64,000 bases of DNA from Patescibacteria group bacterium. Its GTDB lineage: Bacteria > Patescibacteriota > Microgenomatia > UBA10105 > UBA927. Location of the stretch: assembly GCA_049322955.1 (NCBI GenBank), contig JBMOPU010000012.1, positions 681,517 through 745,516 on the forward strand, in the 5' to 3' direction. Below the pieces are notes generated by a model. It was given only the letters and a program-made list of their open reading frames with translations. It was not told the origin of the DNA and did no database searches. The translations under genes were made by a program, and so were the position numbers. This document shows, piece after piece, positions 38,266 to 47,046 of the stretch; position 1 is the first letter of the stretch, and every line of letters begins with the position of its first letter.

Positions 38266-38417
38266 AACAAAATACCCCGCCAAGCGGGGTGAAGTTTTTC
38301 CCTACTGTTTGGCAAATCATTCCTCGCGAAGCGAGGACTCGTTGGGGCACCGCAGGTACATTTCCTCGGTTGCCGGATGGTTCACAGAGCGAGATCTCTC
38401 CCCACCACTCTTGATTT
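38266..38417 (-). promoter_or_regulatory. SAM-I family riboswitch with intrinsic terminator
   Basis: Minus strand ATCAAGAG…GAGAGA…GGCAACC…GGTGCC…TGAT, then ACCCCGC-TTG-GCGGGGT-ATTTTGTTT, upstream of metK. Confidence 0.88.
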
Positions 38418-38499
38418 ATTTACTTACTGACCAAGGTACTCTTTCTTCCGTTTATATGTCAAGAGATAATCAATGTTTGTTTACATATAACAATAAAAT

Positions 38500-38796
38500 T
38501 CATTTATGTGATTTAAGCCATGCTATTTCTTCATTATCGTTTCCCGCCATTACAATCATTACTACTTTTTTTGCCTCATAAATATCAAATAATATCCTGT
38601 CGCCCCCAGTAATTTCGTAACAAAATACTGAACCCTTTTTCTCAATTTTGCATAGTTCTGACCCATGAGTTGAACTAGGATAAGGATAATTTTCGAGAGT
38701 GGTTTTAAATCTATGCTTGACTGTCGGAGATAACCTCTTTAATAACTTTTTACATTTTTTTTGAACTTTTGCGGAAGCAAATCTAATCTCATACAT
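38500..38796 (-). CDS. RelE/ParE-like toxin
   Basis: MYEIRF…K..KKL…YEITGGDRILFDI…V.IVMAG; basic, 98 aa. Confidence 0.6.
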   Translation of the reverse strand: MYEIRFASAKVQKKCKKLLKRLSPTVKHRFKTTLENYPYPSSTHGSELCKIEKKGSVFCYEITGGDRILFDIYEAKKVVMIVMAGNDNEEIAWLKSHK

Positions 38797-38804
38797 GGAA
38801 GTAG

Positions 38805-39038
38805 TTAATCCCAAAACTTATCATCAGCCTTAGGATATGCCTCAGGATTTTTTTCAAAATCCTCTCTAATTCTTAAAATTTCAAGAACAAAGGCAGATGA
38901 TGTGTATAGACTATCAGAATCTTCCACAGATTGAGTTGTTCTACATTCAAAAAAGTAGTCTGGAACAAGAGATGTATAAGCACTTTCTGTGCTTTCAAAT
39001 ATTTTTTTCGCTAATCTGTAATCGATCTGAGTAGGCAT
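38805..39038 (-). CDS. Putative antitoxin (small acidic protein)
   Basis: 77 aa, acidic, directly upstream of the RelE-like gene. Confidence 0.45.
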   Translation of the reverse strand: MPTQIDYRLAKKIFESTESAYTSLVPDYFFECRTTQSVEDSDSLYTSSAFVLEILRIREDFEKNPEAYPKADDKFWD

Positions 39039-39039
39039 A

Positions 39040-39306
39040 TTAATTACTACCTTTCTTCTTTAGTTCATGTTGTTTCATAGTTTCCAATATTACTTTTGCT
39101 AAATTTTCACCAGATGACAAAGGCAAAGTAATTCGTGATACTACCTGCCCCTTAGTCTTTTCTCTTGGATTTATATATACAAATTCGATTGTTATATCTA
39201 CATCCGTAACCGTAACACTTGCTATCTGAGCATATACACTACCTATAACTGTCGCACCATTGACATCTATATTGATAGCTTCCATTTTCTTTGATTCTTT
39301 AATCAT
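39040..39306 (-). CDS. DUF3467-like protein
   Basis: VYAQIASV…DITIEF…VVSRITLP…LAKVILETM pattern. Confidence 0.6.
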   Translation of the reverse strand: MIKESKKMEAINIDVNGATVIGSVYAQIASVTVTDVDITIEFVYINPREKTKGQVVSRITLPLSSGENLAKVILETMKQHELKKKGSN

Positions 39307-39399
39307 AATCTATATATTTATATAACTATAATCAGCGTATATAGTATAACAGAAAAAGTCAACTGCTTATCACTAAATGGATTGATGTGGCAATCCAAA

Positions 39400-40692
39400 C
39401 TAATCTATAACCTGATATTTTATTTGTTCAGAAAATTCCACCTCCGGTAACCCCTGTACTCCCCCAAACGAAATTCTATCCAGCACCCGTTGCTCCATAT
39501 TTGCCATACGGGCGGGATAAATGGCAAAGTCCCCGAACCTATCCTGAATGGCATCTACGGCACGGGTAACGAGCAGTTTTTTGTTTTCTTCCGGAAAGAG
39601 CGATACCTGGGTACTGTCGTTTCGGTGTAACGCATAACAATACACGGCAAGCATCTTGACGTCCTTTTCGGGTGCGTGGGTAAGCATCCGGCGCATTTCG
39701 GTATAGAACTCAAGATCGGCACTCATGGCATATGACTTCTTCTCCTGGGTATGCCAATGGGTGTGATCGAAAAACATGGTGGAAATGCCGACCCCGTAGG
39801 CGCAAAACCCGTCTTTTCGGAGTCTCCTGGCCATTTTCATAGTGAGTTGGGCAAGTATCTGCCAAAGCCGCGCGTCGCGGGTACCTCGCGCGGTTCCCAA
39901 TACATAGGATTGCCCGAAACTTTTTTGGTCTTCTTCTTCGCTACTGCCAAATGCCTTGTACCTGCCGCCGTCTTCGTATCCGTGAAGCCTCAACCACCAG
40001 TGCAGTCCCGTCACCGAACGGAATGCCCGTCTTAAGCTAATGGCACTCGCCCGATACAACTCGAGCGGGGTGGTAATTCCTGCCGCGATAAGCCGGGAAC
40101 TATTTCCCTGTTTGATCCCGCAAAAGTCGGTAAGCGTCATCCGCGAAAAGGTCTCGACGATGTTTTCTTTCGTAATTGTTACTAACCCGTCGGGTTTTTG
40201 TAAGCCTGAAGCCACTTTTGCAAGATACCGATTGGGGGCAATGCCGCACGAAACGGTAATCCACTCCCCGATTTCATTTTTTATCCGCGCTTTAATCTCG
40301 CGTGCCACCTCTTCCATGGTATGCGTGGTAAGGATCGGCGCACCGTATAGGCTCATGACCATTTCATCAATCGATTCGACGCTGATATCGGCAGTGTAGG
40401 ATCGTAACAATCCGAGAAGTTTTCGGTTCACGATACGGTATTTCGGCGGATCGGGGGGTAACACCATCACCCGGGGATATATCTTTTTGGCTTCCCCCAC
40501 ATACATCCCGGTTTTGATCCCCAATACTTTTGCTTCGCGGGAGGCGGCCAAAATACAACCGTAGTCTTTGACATAAGCCGCCACCACCGTGGGCTTATGG
40601 CGAAGGAGCGGATTGGCCTGCTGTTCCACCGTGGCAAAGCACGAATTGATATCAACATGCATCATGCAAGGAGGAATCGGATTAAAGTCCAT
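39400..40692 (-). CDS. dinB: Y-family DNA polymerase (Pol IV/DinB-like)
   Basis: HVDINSCFATVE, AASREAK, SIDE, LAKVAS…KPDG. Confidence 0.92.
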   Translation of the reverse strand: MDFNPIPPCMMHVDINSCFATVEQQANPLLRHKPTVVAAYVKDYGCILAASREAKVLGIKTGMYVGEAKKIYPRVMVLPPDPPKYRIVNRKLLGLLRSYTADISVESIDEMVMSLYGAPILTTHTMEEVAREIKARIKNEIGEWITVSCGIAPNRYLAKVASGLQKPDGLVTITKENIVETFSRMTLTDFCGIKQGNSSRLIAAGITTPLELYRASAISLRRAFRSVTGLHWWLRLHGYEDGGRYKAFGSSEEEDQKSFGQSYVLGTARGTRDARLWQILAQLTMKMARRLRKDGFCAYGVGISTMFFDHTHWHTQEKKSYAMSADLEFYTEMRRMLTHAPEKDVKMLAVYCYALHRNDSTQVSLFPEENKKLLVTRAVDAIQDRFGDFAIYPARMANMEQRVLDRISFGGVQGLPEVEFSEQIKYQVID

Positions 40693-40697
40693 ATGGA

Positions 40698-40955
40698 TTA
40701 ATGAATGCTTGTTTCCACTTCAACCAGTGTCCATGCCAGACTTTGACTGTCCATAACGAGTTTAAAGAAGGTCGTACCGTCGCTTACCGAAAAGATGTGA
40801 AACAACCGTCTTCCTTCCCACACGGTATGGTGTAATCCTATGGTGGTAATGTGGTACTGTCGGCCTTTCCAGTAGATGCTGTAGGGGAGCACTTTTCGGG
40901 TTTTATGATTGCTCCACAGTGTCACGGATACGGGTTCATTGATGGTTTCAGGCAT
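40698..40955 (-). CDS. Small beta-rich protein co-transcribed with dinB
   Basis: LPYSIYWKGRQYHI…HIFSV…FKL…W pattern, like small Y-polymerase partner proteins. Confidence 0.65.
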   Translation of the reverse strand: MPETINEPVSVTLWSNHKTRKVLPYSIYWKGRQYHITTIGLHHTVWEGRRLFHIFSVSDGTTFFKLVMDSQSLAWTLVEVETSIH

Positions 40956-41012
40956 AGCAAAACCATAATAAACCCGAAAATAGGTAAGGTCAACTGGATA
41001 GAACTATAGCAA

Positions 41013-41033
41013 ATTATACGAAATATACCCGAA
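41013..41033 (-). promoter_or_regulatory. Candidate LexA box overlapping the -10 of the dinB cassette
   Basis: Minus strand TTCGG-GTATAT-TTCGTATAAT. Confidence 0.65.
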
Positions 41034-41045
41034 AATGTACCGCCA

Positions 41046-41891
41046 TTAAAAATGCACCTCGGTATTCGGAAGCAGGGTCCGAATCCGATCAATCTCTCCC
41101 GCTTCCAACGGATTGTCCTCAAGATAGAGATCGGTAAGATTGGTGAGACTGCGTATGCTGTCGGGAAGGCGGGTGATACGGTTTTCTGAAAGCTGAAGAA
41201 TGGTAAGCGAGGACAATTGCCCTATTTCAGGAGGAATTGAGCTGATACGGTTGCCGTAGAGGAACAGATGTTCCAAATTGGAAAGGGCACCGATACCCGC
41301 GGGCACTTCGGTAATCATATTCCTGCTCATATCAAGTGCTATGAGATTTTGTAACGCCAAAATATCGGGAGGAATAACGCGAAAATTATTGGTGGAAAGC
41401 GAAACATGCGTGAGGCTTTGGAGAAGGTGCAGGGTCGAAGGCACGCTGACCAGGTCGTTCCTGTTGGCCTGCAAAACCTTAAGATTTTTAATGGTTGCAA
41501 TATCCGAGGGCAATGCGCCGATGGCGCTTCCCACCCGCGGGGCATCCATGACCACTTCTCCCTGTGTTTCATCCGCCCATCCTTCTGACCGGGGGGAAAG
41601 ATACAACGCGCAGGTTCTGGAAACATCCGATGCCGCTTCCTGAAACGTATAGGCAATATCGGCTTCGGGACAAAGCGGTGCAGACGTGGGCTTCGGAGTC
41701 GGCATCAGTTGGGTATTTGCGACGGGCGCCTGAGTGGAGGGCGTATTGCGTCGGGAGAGCACGATACCGAAAACGACCGCCATGCAAATCGCGTACACGG
41801 CAAGGAGCGATAGGATGACCATTGCCCGCTTGTCACTCTGCTGATTCTGCTGAGGCGACATGTCTGCGGTATAGGGCGGTATTGTTTCCAT
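41046..41891 (-). CDS. Membrane-anchored leucine-rich-repeat protein
   Basis: TM helix, PT linker, about six 23-aa LxxLxLxxNxIxxxP repeats. Confidence 0.9.
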   Translation of the reverse strand: METIPPYTADMSPQQNQQSDKRAMVILSLLAVYAICMAVVFGIVLSRRNTPSTQAPVANTQLMPTPKPTSAPLCPEADIAYTFQEAASDVSRTCALYLSPRSEGWADETQGEVVMDAPRVGSAIGALPSDIATIKNLKVLQANRNDLVSVPSTLHLLQSLTHVSLSTNNFRVIPPDILALQNLIALDMSRNMITEVPAGIGALSNLEHLFLYGNRISSIPPEIGQLSSLTILQLSENRITRLPDSIRSLTNLTDLYLEDNPLEAGEIDRIRTLLPNTEVHF

Positions 41892-41900
41892 ATCTCTAGC

Positions 41901-43529
41901 TTACAGCGCTTTCACAGGATTTAACATATAGTCCCACCAGTCATTTTGTTTTCCGTCGGGTCCGATACCCGCAAATTGCGGGAAGTGCGAAAACCAATAG
42001 CCGAAAAAGCCGATATCCGTGCAATTCCAGGTGCGGCAATCAATGCTCTCTGCCTGAATGTTTGCAACGGGTGCCAATTCGGGGTAATTCAAAAAGTCGT
42101 CGCACATGGTGAGTTTCATGGCCATATTCGAGTAGTCGTAATCGACCGGAGCATTCGGCGGAAAGTGCGTGGTGCCGCACCCGCTGAACGCGTAACTGGT
42201 CGCTTTTGCCTGCACCAGGGCAAATCGGTCAAAGTTGGTATAGATACGGCTTCTCGCCCACGATGTATAGACTTTGAGCATGGTGTATTCGGCACGATGA
42301 CCGAAGTCGTGAATCATCTCGGGGAGTCCACGTTCGAAGTTATACCCCATAATCGGCATGGGGCGAGTACACGTACTCCCTGTCACAATCGGAGAGTTAT
42401 ACCAAAACGCATTGGTCCCCGCGAGTCGGGATTCGTAAAACCCGAACCATGAGCCGCCGAACATCCATAACTCATCTATCTCGCCGGCATTAAATGCCTC
42501 GCACGCCGCGGTTTCCGTGAGAATCGTGTTGTAATTCGCCCATACGGGTTCATGCACGGGGGTATCACCGGTAATCATGGAATGATACGTCGTATCGGTG
42601 TAGGCAAAACCGTCCGTGAGCGTCGGGTACTTATTGAGCACCGTTTGTTTGGTCAGCACATAATTGACTCGTCCGTTGGTAAGTGACTTAAACCACGCGA
42701 TAGCTTGGTTGGTAAGCGCATACGGATCATTGGAACCGTAAAAGCTGATGTGATTTTGATTCGGACCGAATGCCGCGGATAACTGCGGGTTATAGATCAC
42801 AAGATAAATCTTTTTCGTAATGGGTGCTCCGACGGGCATGGGCGTAGCCGTCGGCGTGGGAGCAATAGTCGGCGTCGGAGACACGGTGGGGGTAGGTGGT
42901 GTCGTGGGAACTGCTGTAGGAGGAACGGGTACCGGGGTTGCGGTGGGAGTAAGCGGTACCGTAACGTTCTCCGTACCAGAACCGCCCCCGTCGCCGACGG
43001 AAACCGGGGCGTCGGCAATGACGGTGGTCGCATTGTTGGTCATACAGTGGTAACACCCCTCAGGAGGACAGGTTGCCGCACTGTTGCCATAGCGGTCATA
43101 TGCGGTTGCGACATCATTTTTCATAATTTTTGACTCCGGGATAAAACAGAGCCGCAAGACGGATCCGTCGGTCGATGCGGTAAGGGTTATTTTGGCAAGA
43201 TCATTACGGGAAACTTTAGTAAATGCCTGCGATAACTCCCCCGCGGCAATGAGTGCGGCAATCGCCTGTTCACCCTCGGTACTTGCCAATGTCACGCCGT
43301 TTAGATCGCTTTTCCAAGGATAATTGCCGCTTTTAATCGAGAGGTTGGTGACGGCACTATACATGTCGGCGGCCACCGTACGACGAACCGTATCCGTACC
43401 TTTTTTGACTTGTTCAAAGGGATTTACCGCGACAATAAGCAATAGGGTAATAACGCCGAAGATGGCAAAAGCGACCAGTAGCTCGAGAAGACTAAACCCC
43501 TTAGATAATTTCGCGGCAGAAAACGGCAT
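41901..43529 (-). CDS. Type IV prepilin-like protein with Pro/Thr linker and large C-terminal domain
   Basis: KG|FSLLELLV prepilin motif, PT-rich stalk, Cys/Trp-rich domain with EMIHDFGHRAE. Confidence 0.75.
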   Translation of the reverse strand: MPFSAAKLSKGFSLLELLVAFAIFGVITLLLIVAVNPFEQVKKGTDTVRRTVAADMYSAVTNLSIKSGNYPWKSDLNGVTLASTEGEQAIAALIAAGELSQAFTKVSRNDLAKITLTASTDGSVLRLCFIPESKIMKNDVATAYDRYGNSAATCPPEGCYHCMTNNATTVIADAPVSVGDGGGSGTENVTVPLTPTATPVPVPPTAVPTTPPTPTVSPTPTIAPTPTATPMPVGAPITKKIYLVIYNPQLSAAFGPNQNHISFYGSNDPYALTNQAIAWFKSLTNGRVNYVLTKQTVLNKYPTLTDGFAYTDTTYHSMITGDTPVHEPVWANYNTILTETAACEAFNAGEIDELWMFGGSWFGFYESRLAGTNAFWYNSPIVTGSTCTRPMPIMGYNFERGLPEMIHDFGHRAEYTMLKVYTSWARSRIYTNFDRFALVQAKATSYAFSGCGTTHFPPNAPVDYDYSNMAMKLTMCDDFLNYPELAPVANIQAESIDCRTWNCTDIGFFGYWFSHFPQFAGIGPDGKQNDWWDYMLNPVKAL

Positions 43530-43642
43530 ACACTTCTCGTAGTGTAGTTAATACACAAAGAAAAATACAGTGCACCGTTACTGGCTCTGTTGAAATACAA
43601 TTATTTTCTGCGGGGATGTTCCGTAGGCGCGAAAATCGGCGG

Positions 43643-43960
43643 TTACTGAAGTTTGTCAGGCGCTTTCTTCCAACGGGATGGAAGGAGTGCAATGGGAAAA
43701 TCGGAAAGGATGTGGACGCCTTTTCGTCTGGCGCGACCGGATGATTCTATGCCGGCTTTTTGCATGAGTTCTTCCGCGGTAACCGCGGCTCCAGGGCGAA
43801 CAATCGGCACAACTACTCCGTCTCGCGTTCCTATTGCGATAACATCGTCGGATTCATCCACATGGACGGCCATATCACCCGTTTGGTTGTGTTTTAAATA
43901 GTACTCTATCGCTTCTTTTATGCTAAATCCCATATGCGCAATTTTATCAAATTGTGTCAA
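43643..43960 (-). CDS. Hypothetical protein
   Basis: ORF only; start uncertain. Confidence 0.45.
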   Translation of the reverse strand: MTQFDKIAHMGFSIKEAIEYYLKHNQTGDMAVHVDESDDVIAIGTRDGVVVPIVRPGAAVTAEELMQKAGIESSGRARRKGVHILSDFPIALLPSRWKKAPDKLQ

Positions 43961-44000
43961 AAATTTGTAAATTGTCAGCCTTTTTGCTATACTAACGTTT

Positions 44001-44155
44001 GCAGTTTGTATTGAAACAATACATCTGCTTATTAGGTTAACAGTTTGAGAAGTTGAGAGAAAAAACGCCCCGATCTATATTGTTATATCCTGCGTCTTTT
44101 CCCCTTTTCAGGTTTTTTTCATGACATAAGCAGTTATTTTGTTTCAATACGGTTG
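44001..44155 (+). ncRNA. Long rod-shaped RNA with central bubble (6S-like RNA or helicase 5' UTR)
   Basis: 44008-44019 pairs with 44139-44150 and 44025-44032 with 44126-44133, plus inner stems; extended -10 TGcTATACT at 43985-43993. Confidence 0.5.
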
Positions 44156-44164
44156 TTTCCCTAT

Positions 44165-45391
44165 ATGTATAAGAAAAATATCCGATCGTTTCGTCCTTCA
44201 GGTAATTTTCGCGGCGGTCGCAGTCGCGGACCCGGCGGGAGTGGTGACAACCGCGGCGGAAGGCATATGCGCACGGTTCCCAAAAACGTGATTCTTTCCG
44301 TTATCGAGCGAAGCCAGACTCGTGCGGAGTCCGTGATCTTTGAACCCGAGGCTATTACCCACACGTTCGCTGATTTTGCGCTTGATCCCCGACTTGCGGA
44401 TGCCATCACGGAAAAAGGCTTTCTCACCCCGACTCCTATCCAAGATAAGGCGATCCCTGCAATTTTAGCCGGCAAAGATCTTATCGGAACGGCAAATACG
44501 GGTACGGGCAAAACCGCCGCATTCTTGATACCGCTTATTCACAAAATGTCCCAAAACCGCAATGAACGAGCGCTGGTTATCGCGCCCACCCGGGAGCTTG
44601 CGGTGCAGATTAATCAGGAATTTCGGGATTTGGCGCGCAGAGTAGGGTTACGAAGCACCATGCTTATCGGCGGGGCGAATGAATGGCGTCAACGTCAGGA
44701 TCTGCGCAACACCCCCAATCTGGTGGTCGCTACCCCCGGACGACTCAAGGATTTTATCGGCGCGGGATTCATCAGACTTTCTGATTTTGCCAATGTGGTA
44801 TTGGATGAAGCGGACCGTATGGTGGACATAGGGTTTATCAGCGAAATCAAATACTTTATCTCCCTGCTTCCCGAAAAACGGCAGTCGTTGTTTTTCTCCG
44901 CGACCATATCCGGCAAAGTCGGGGAAATTCTCAGAGACTTCGTAAAGAACCCCGTGCATGTCTCGGTAAAGAAAGAAGATACCGCAACGACCATACGACA
45001 GGAAGCGGTACGTATCACCCGTGATGTGCCGAAAATCGAAGTCTTGCATGATCTTCTCAACAAAAAGGAATTTGACAAGGTATTAATCTTCGGGCGTACC
45101 AAATGGGGCGTCCAGAAGCTTTCCGATGAGCTGGAGCGGCGCGGTTTCCGGGCCAGTGCCATACACGGGAATAAGCGGCAGAACCAACGCCAGTTCGTAC
45201 TGGAACAGTTTAAGCGAAGTCAGATTCAGGTGCTTCTTGCTACCGACGTGGCAAGCCGGGGATTGGATATCCCGGATGTGTCGCATGTCATCAACTATGA
45301 CCTTCCCGAAACGCTGGAAGACTACATCCATCGCATCGGTCGGACCGGGCGGGCAAACAAACGGGGCATTGCGTTAACCTTCATCGAATAA
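44165..45391 (+). CDS. DEAD-box RNA helicase
   Basis: Q motif, TGTGKT, PTRELA, DEAD, SAT, HRIGRTGR; N-terminal RGG tail. Confidence 0.96.
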   Translation: MYKKNIRSFRPSGNFRGGRSRGPGGSGDNRGGRHMRTVPKNVILSVIERSQTRAESVIFEPEAITHTFADFALDPRLADAITEKGFLTPTPIQDKAIPAILAGKDLIGTANTGTGKTAAFLIPLIHKMSQNRNERALVIAPTRELAVQINQEFRDLARRVGLRSTMLIGGANEWRQRQDLRNTPNLVVATPGRLKDFIGAGFIRLSDFANVVLDEADRMVDIGFISEIKYFISLLPEKRQSLFFSATISGKVGEILRDFVKNPVHVSVKKEDTATTIRQEAVRITRDVPKIEVLHDLLNKKEFDKVLIFGRTKWGVQKLSDELERRGFRASAIHGNKRQNQRQFVLEQFKRSQIQVLLATDVASRGLDIPDVSHVINYDLPETLEDYIHRIGRTGRANKRGIALTFIE

Positions 45392-45450
45392 TTCCGCCGT
45401 TTGCTTTTGTGCGATATACTACTTCCTAGGTAACGGTTTGCCTCCATACG

Positions 45451-45711
45451 ATGCCGGAACAAACGTCAGAACTAGCCGCGTTTCGTTGGTACCACCCGCT
45501 TTGGTACCGAAGCGGCATTCGCGCAAGATCATTGCTTTCCCGCCTTCGCGAATACGGAGTCCATGATCCCGTCCACGGGATGCTTCCCGACCGTCGCCCG
45601 CTTCCCTCGGCATGGACGCTCGGCGTAACGCTTATTTGCAACAAAGCGGAGCGCGGTATTACCTGGTTTGTTGAGGATTATCTCACTGGCATGCTGACGG
45701 GAAAACAATAA
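45451..45711 (+). CDS. Hypothetical protein
   Basis: ORF fills the gap and ends just before the terminator. Confidence 0.4.
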   Translation: MPEQTSELAAFRWYHPLWYRSGIRARSLLSRLREYGVHDPVHGMLPDRRPLPSAWTLGVTLICNKAERGITWFVEDYLTGMLTGKQ

Positions 45712-45718
45712 TACCCAC

Positions 45719-45746
45719 AAAAAGCCCCGCTTTCGCGGGACTTTTT
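45719..45746. terminator. Bidirectional intrinsic terminator
   Basis: AAAAAG-CCCCGC-TTTC-GCGGG-ACTTTTT between convergent genes. Confidence 0.75.
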
Positions 45747-45770
45747 CCCTCGCGGAGCGAGGTAGTTGCG

Positions 45771-45968
45771 TTATACGCGTTTTACATTCTTGGCGGAAGG
45801 TCCTTTGGGGCCGTCCACGACTTCGAATGTCACTTGATCACCCACTTGGATTTCATCAAACGTGACGCCGACTAAATCCTTGGAATGAAAAAACAGGTCT
45901 TTCGCTTCCCCTTCTCGGGCGATGAAGCCAAATCCTCTGTCTGTTTTTGTTTTGACAGTGCCGTTCAT
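45771..45968 (-). CDS. Cold-shock domain protein
   Basis: RGFGFI (RNP1), LFFH (RNP2), GPKGPSA. Confidence 0.95.
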   Translation of the reverse strand: MNGTVKTKTDRGFGFIAREGEAKDLFFHSKDLVGVTFDEIQVGDQVTFEVVDGPKGPSAKNVKRV

Positions 45969-46012
45969 GGTGTTCTCCTTTCTAGGGAGAGTATAACAGA
46001 TACGGCATACAA

Positions 46013-46990
46013 TCAGGAAGTTGTAGGCGTGGCCAGTCTGGCGCGAAGGAATTTTTTAAGATCACGAAGACTTTCCGGCGTATGCACCGATCCTGCAAAA
46101 ACGGCGGGGGCGAGCCCCGCAAAACGAGTCTCCAATTCCCTCCGGCGTTTTTCGTCGACAAGGTCAGTCTTATTGAGGAATATAATTTCGGGCTTTGTCA
46201 GAAGCTCCGGGTTATAGGCACGGAACTCTTCGCGAACCGTTTCATAATCGGAAAATGGATCGTCCGCACTTATATCAACGCAATGGATAAGTATCATCGT
46301 TTTCTCGATATGTTTGAGGAATTTCAGACCCAGCCCCACACCCTTCGACGCGCCTTCAATGAGTCCGGGTATGTCCGCAATAGGGTGCCGACCGAACATC
46401 CCGATACTCGGTTCCAACGTGGTGAAGGGATACGCTCCTATCGCGGGCGTGGCATTCGTGAGCGCGGCGAGCAGACTGCTTTTGCCGGCATTGGGAAGGC
46501 CGATCAGGCCGACTTGAGCAATCAGCCGCAGTTCCAACAGCAGATTTTTCCGTTCCCCCGGTTCTCCCAATTCACGCTTGGTCGGAGCCTGGTAAGTGGA
46601 TGATTTATATTTGACGTTGCCGAATCCGCCTCTGCCGCCTTTGGCGATGCATATCGGAGCAGAGACCGTTTCTAAGGTTATGACATTGCCCGTATCTTCA
46701 TCCGTTATTTTGGTACCGAGCGGCACAAGCGTGAGGATCGGCGACCCGTTCTTTCCGAAGCCGTTATGTTTGGTGCCGTGTCCGCCGTTTTCTCCTACGA
46801 TCTTTTTTTTGTAGCGAAACTCCCGAAGATCGTTAATATTGGGAGATGCCTGGAAGAAGATATCGCCGCCGCGCCCGCCATTACCTCCGTCGGGGCCTCC
46901 CCTGGCCTTCCCCGGCGCACTGGCAAACGTAGCGGCTCCGTTACCTCCGTCACCGGCTTTCACGACTAATCGTACCGTATCCACAAGCAT
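46013..46990 (-). CDS. obg: Obg family GTPase
   Basis: Gly-rich OBG fold, GLPNAGKS, YPFTT, DIPG, NKTD. Confidence 0.95.
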   Translation of the reverse strand: MLVDTVRLVVKAGDGGNGAATFASAPGKARGGPDGGNGGRGGDIFFQASPNINDLREFRYKKKIVGENGGHGTKHNGFGKNGSPILTLVPLGTKITDEDTGNVITLETVSAPICIAKGGRGGFGNVKYKSSTYQAPTKRELGEPGERKNLLLELRLIAQVGLIGLPNAGKSSLLAALTNATPAIGAYPFTTLEPSIGMFGRHPIADIPGLIEGASKGVGLGLKFLKHIEKTMILIHCVDISADDPFSDYETVREEFRAYNPELLTKPEIIFLNKTDLVDEKRRRELETRFAGLAPAVFAGSVHTPESLRDLKKFLRARLATPTTS

Positions 46991-47046
46991 ACCCGTATTG
47001 TACCATTTACGGCGTGCATGCGGAGGAATCGGACGGGAGGAACTGA

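Noticed and set aside
42820-42970. Repetitive DNA here and at 62090-62280 as a possible array
   Set aside because: These encode Pro/Thr linkers. There is no constant repeat-spacer pattern, and I found no CRISPR array in the window.
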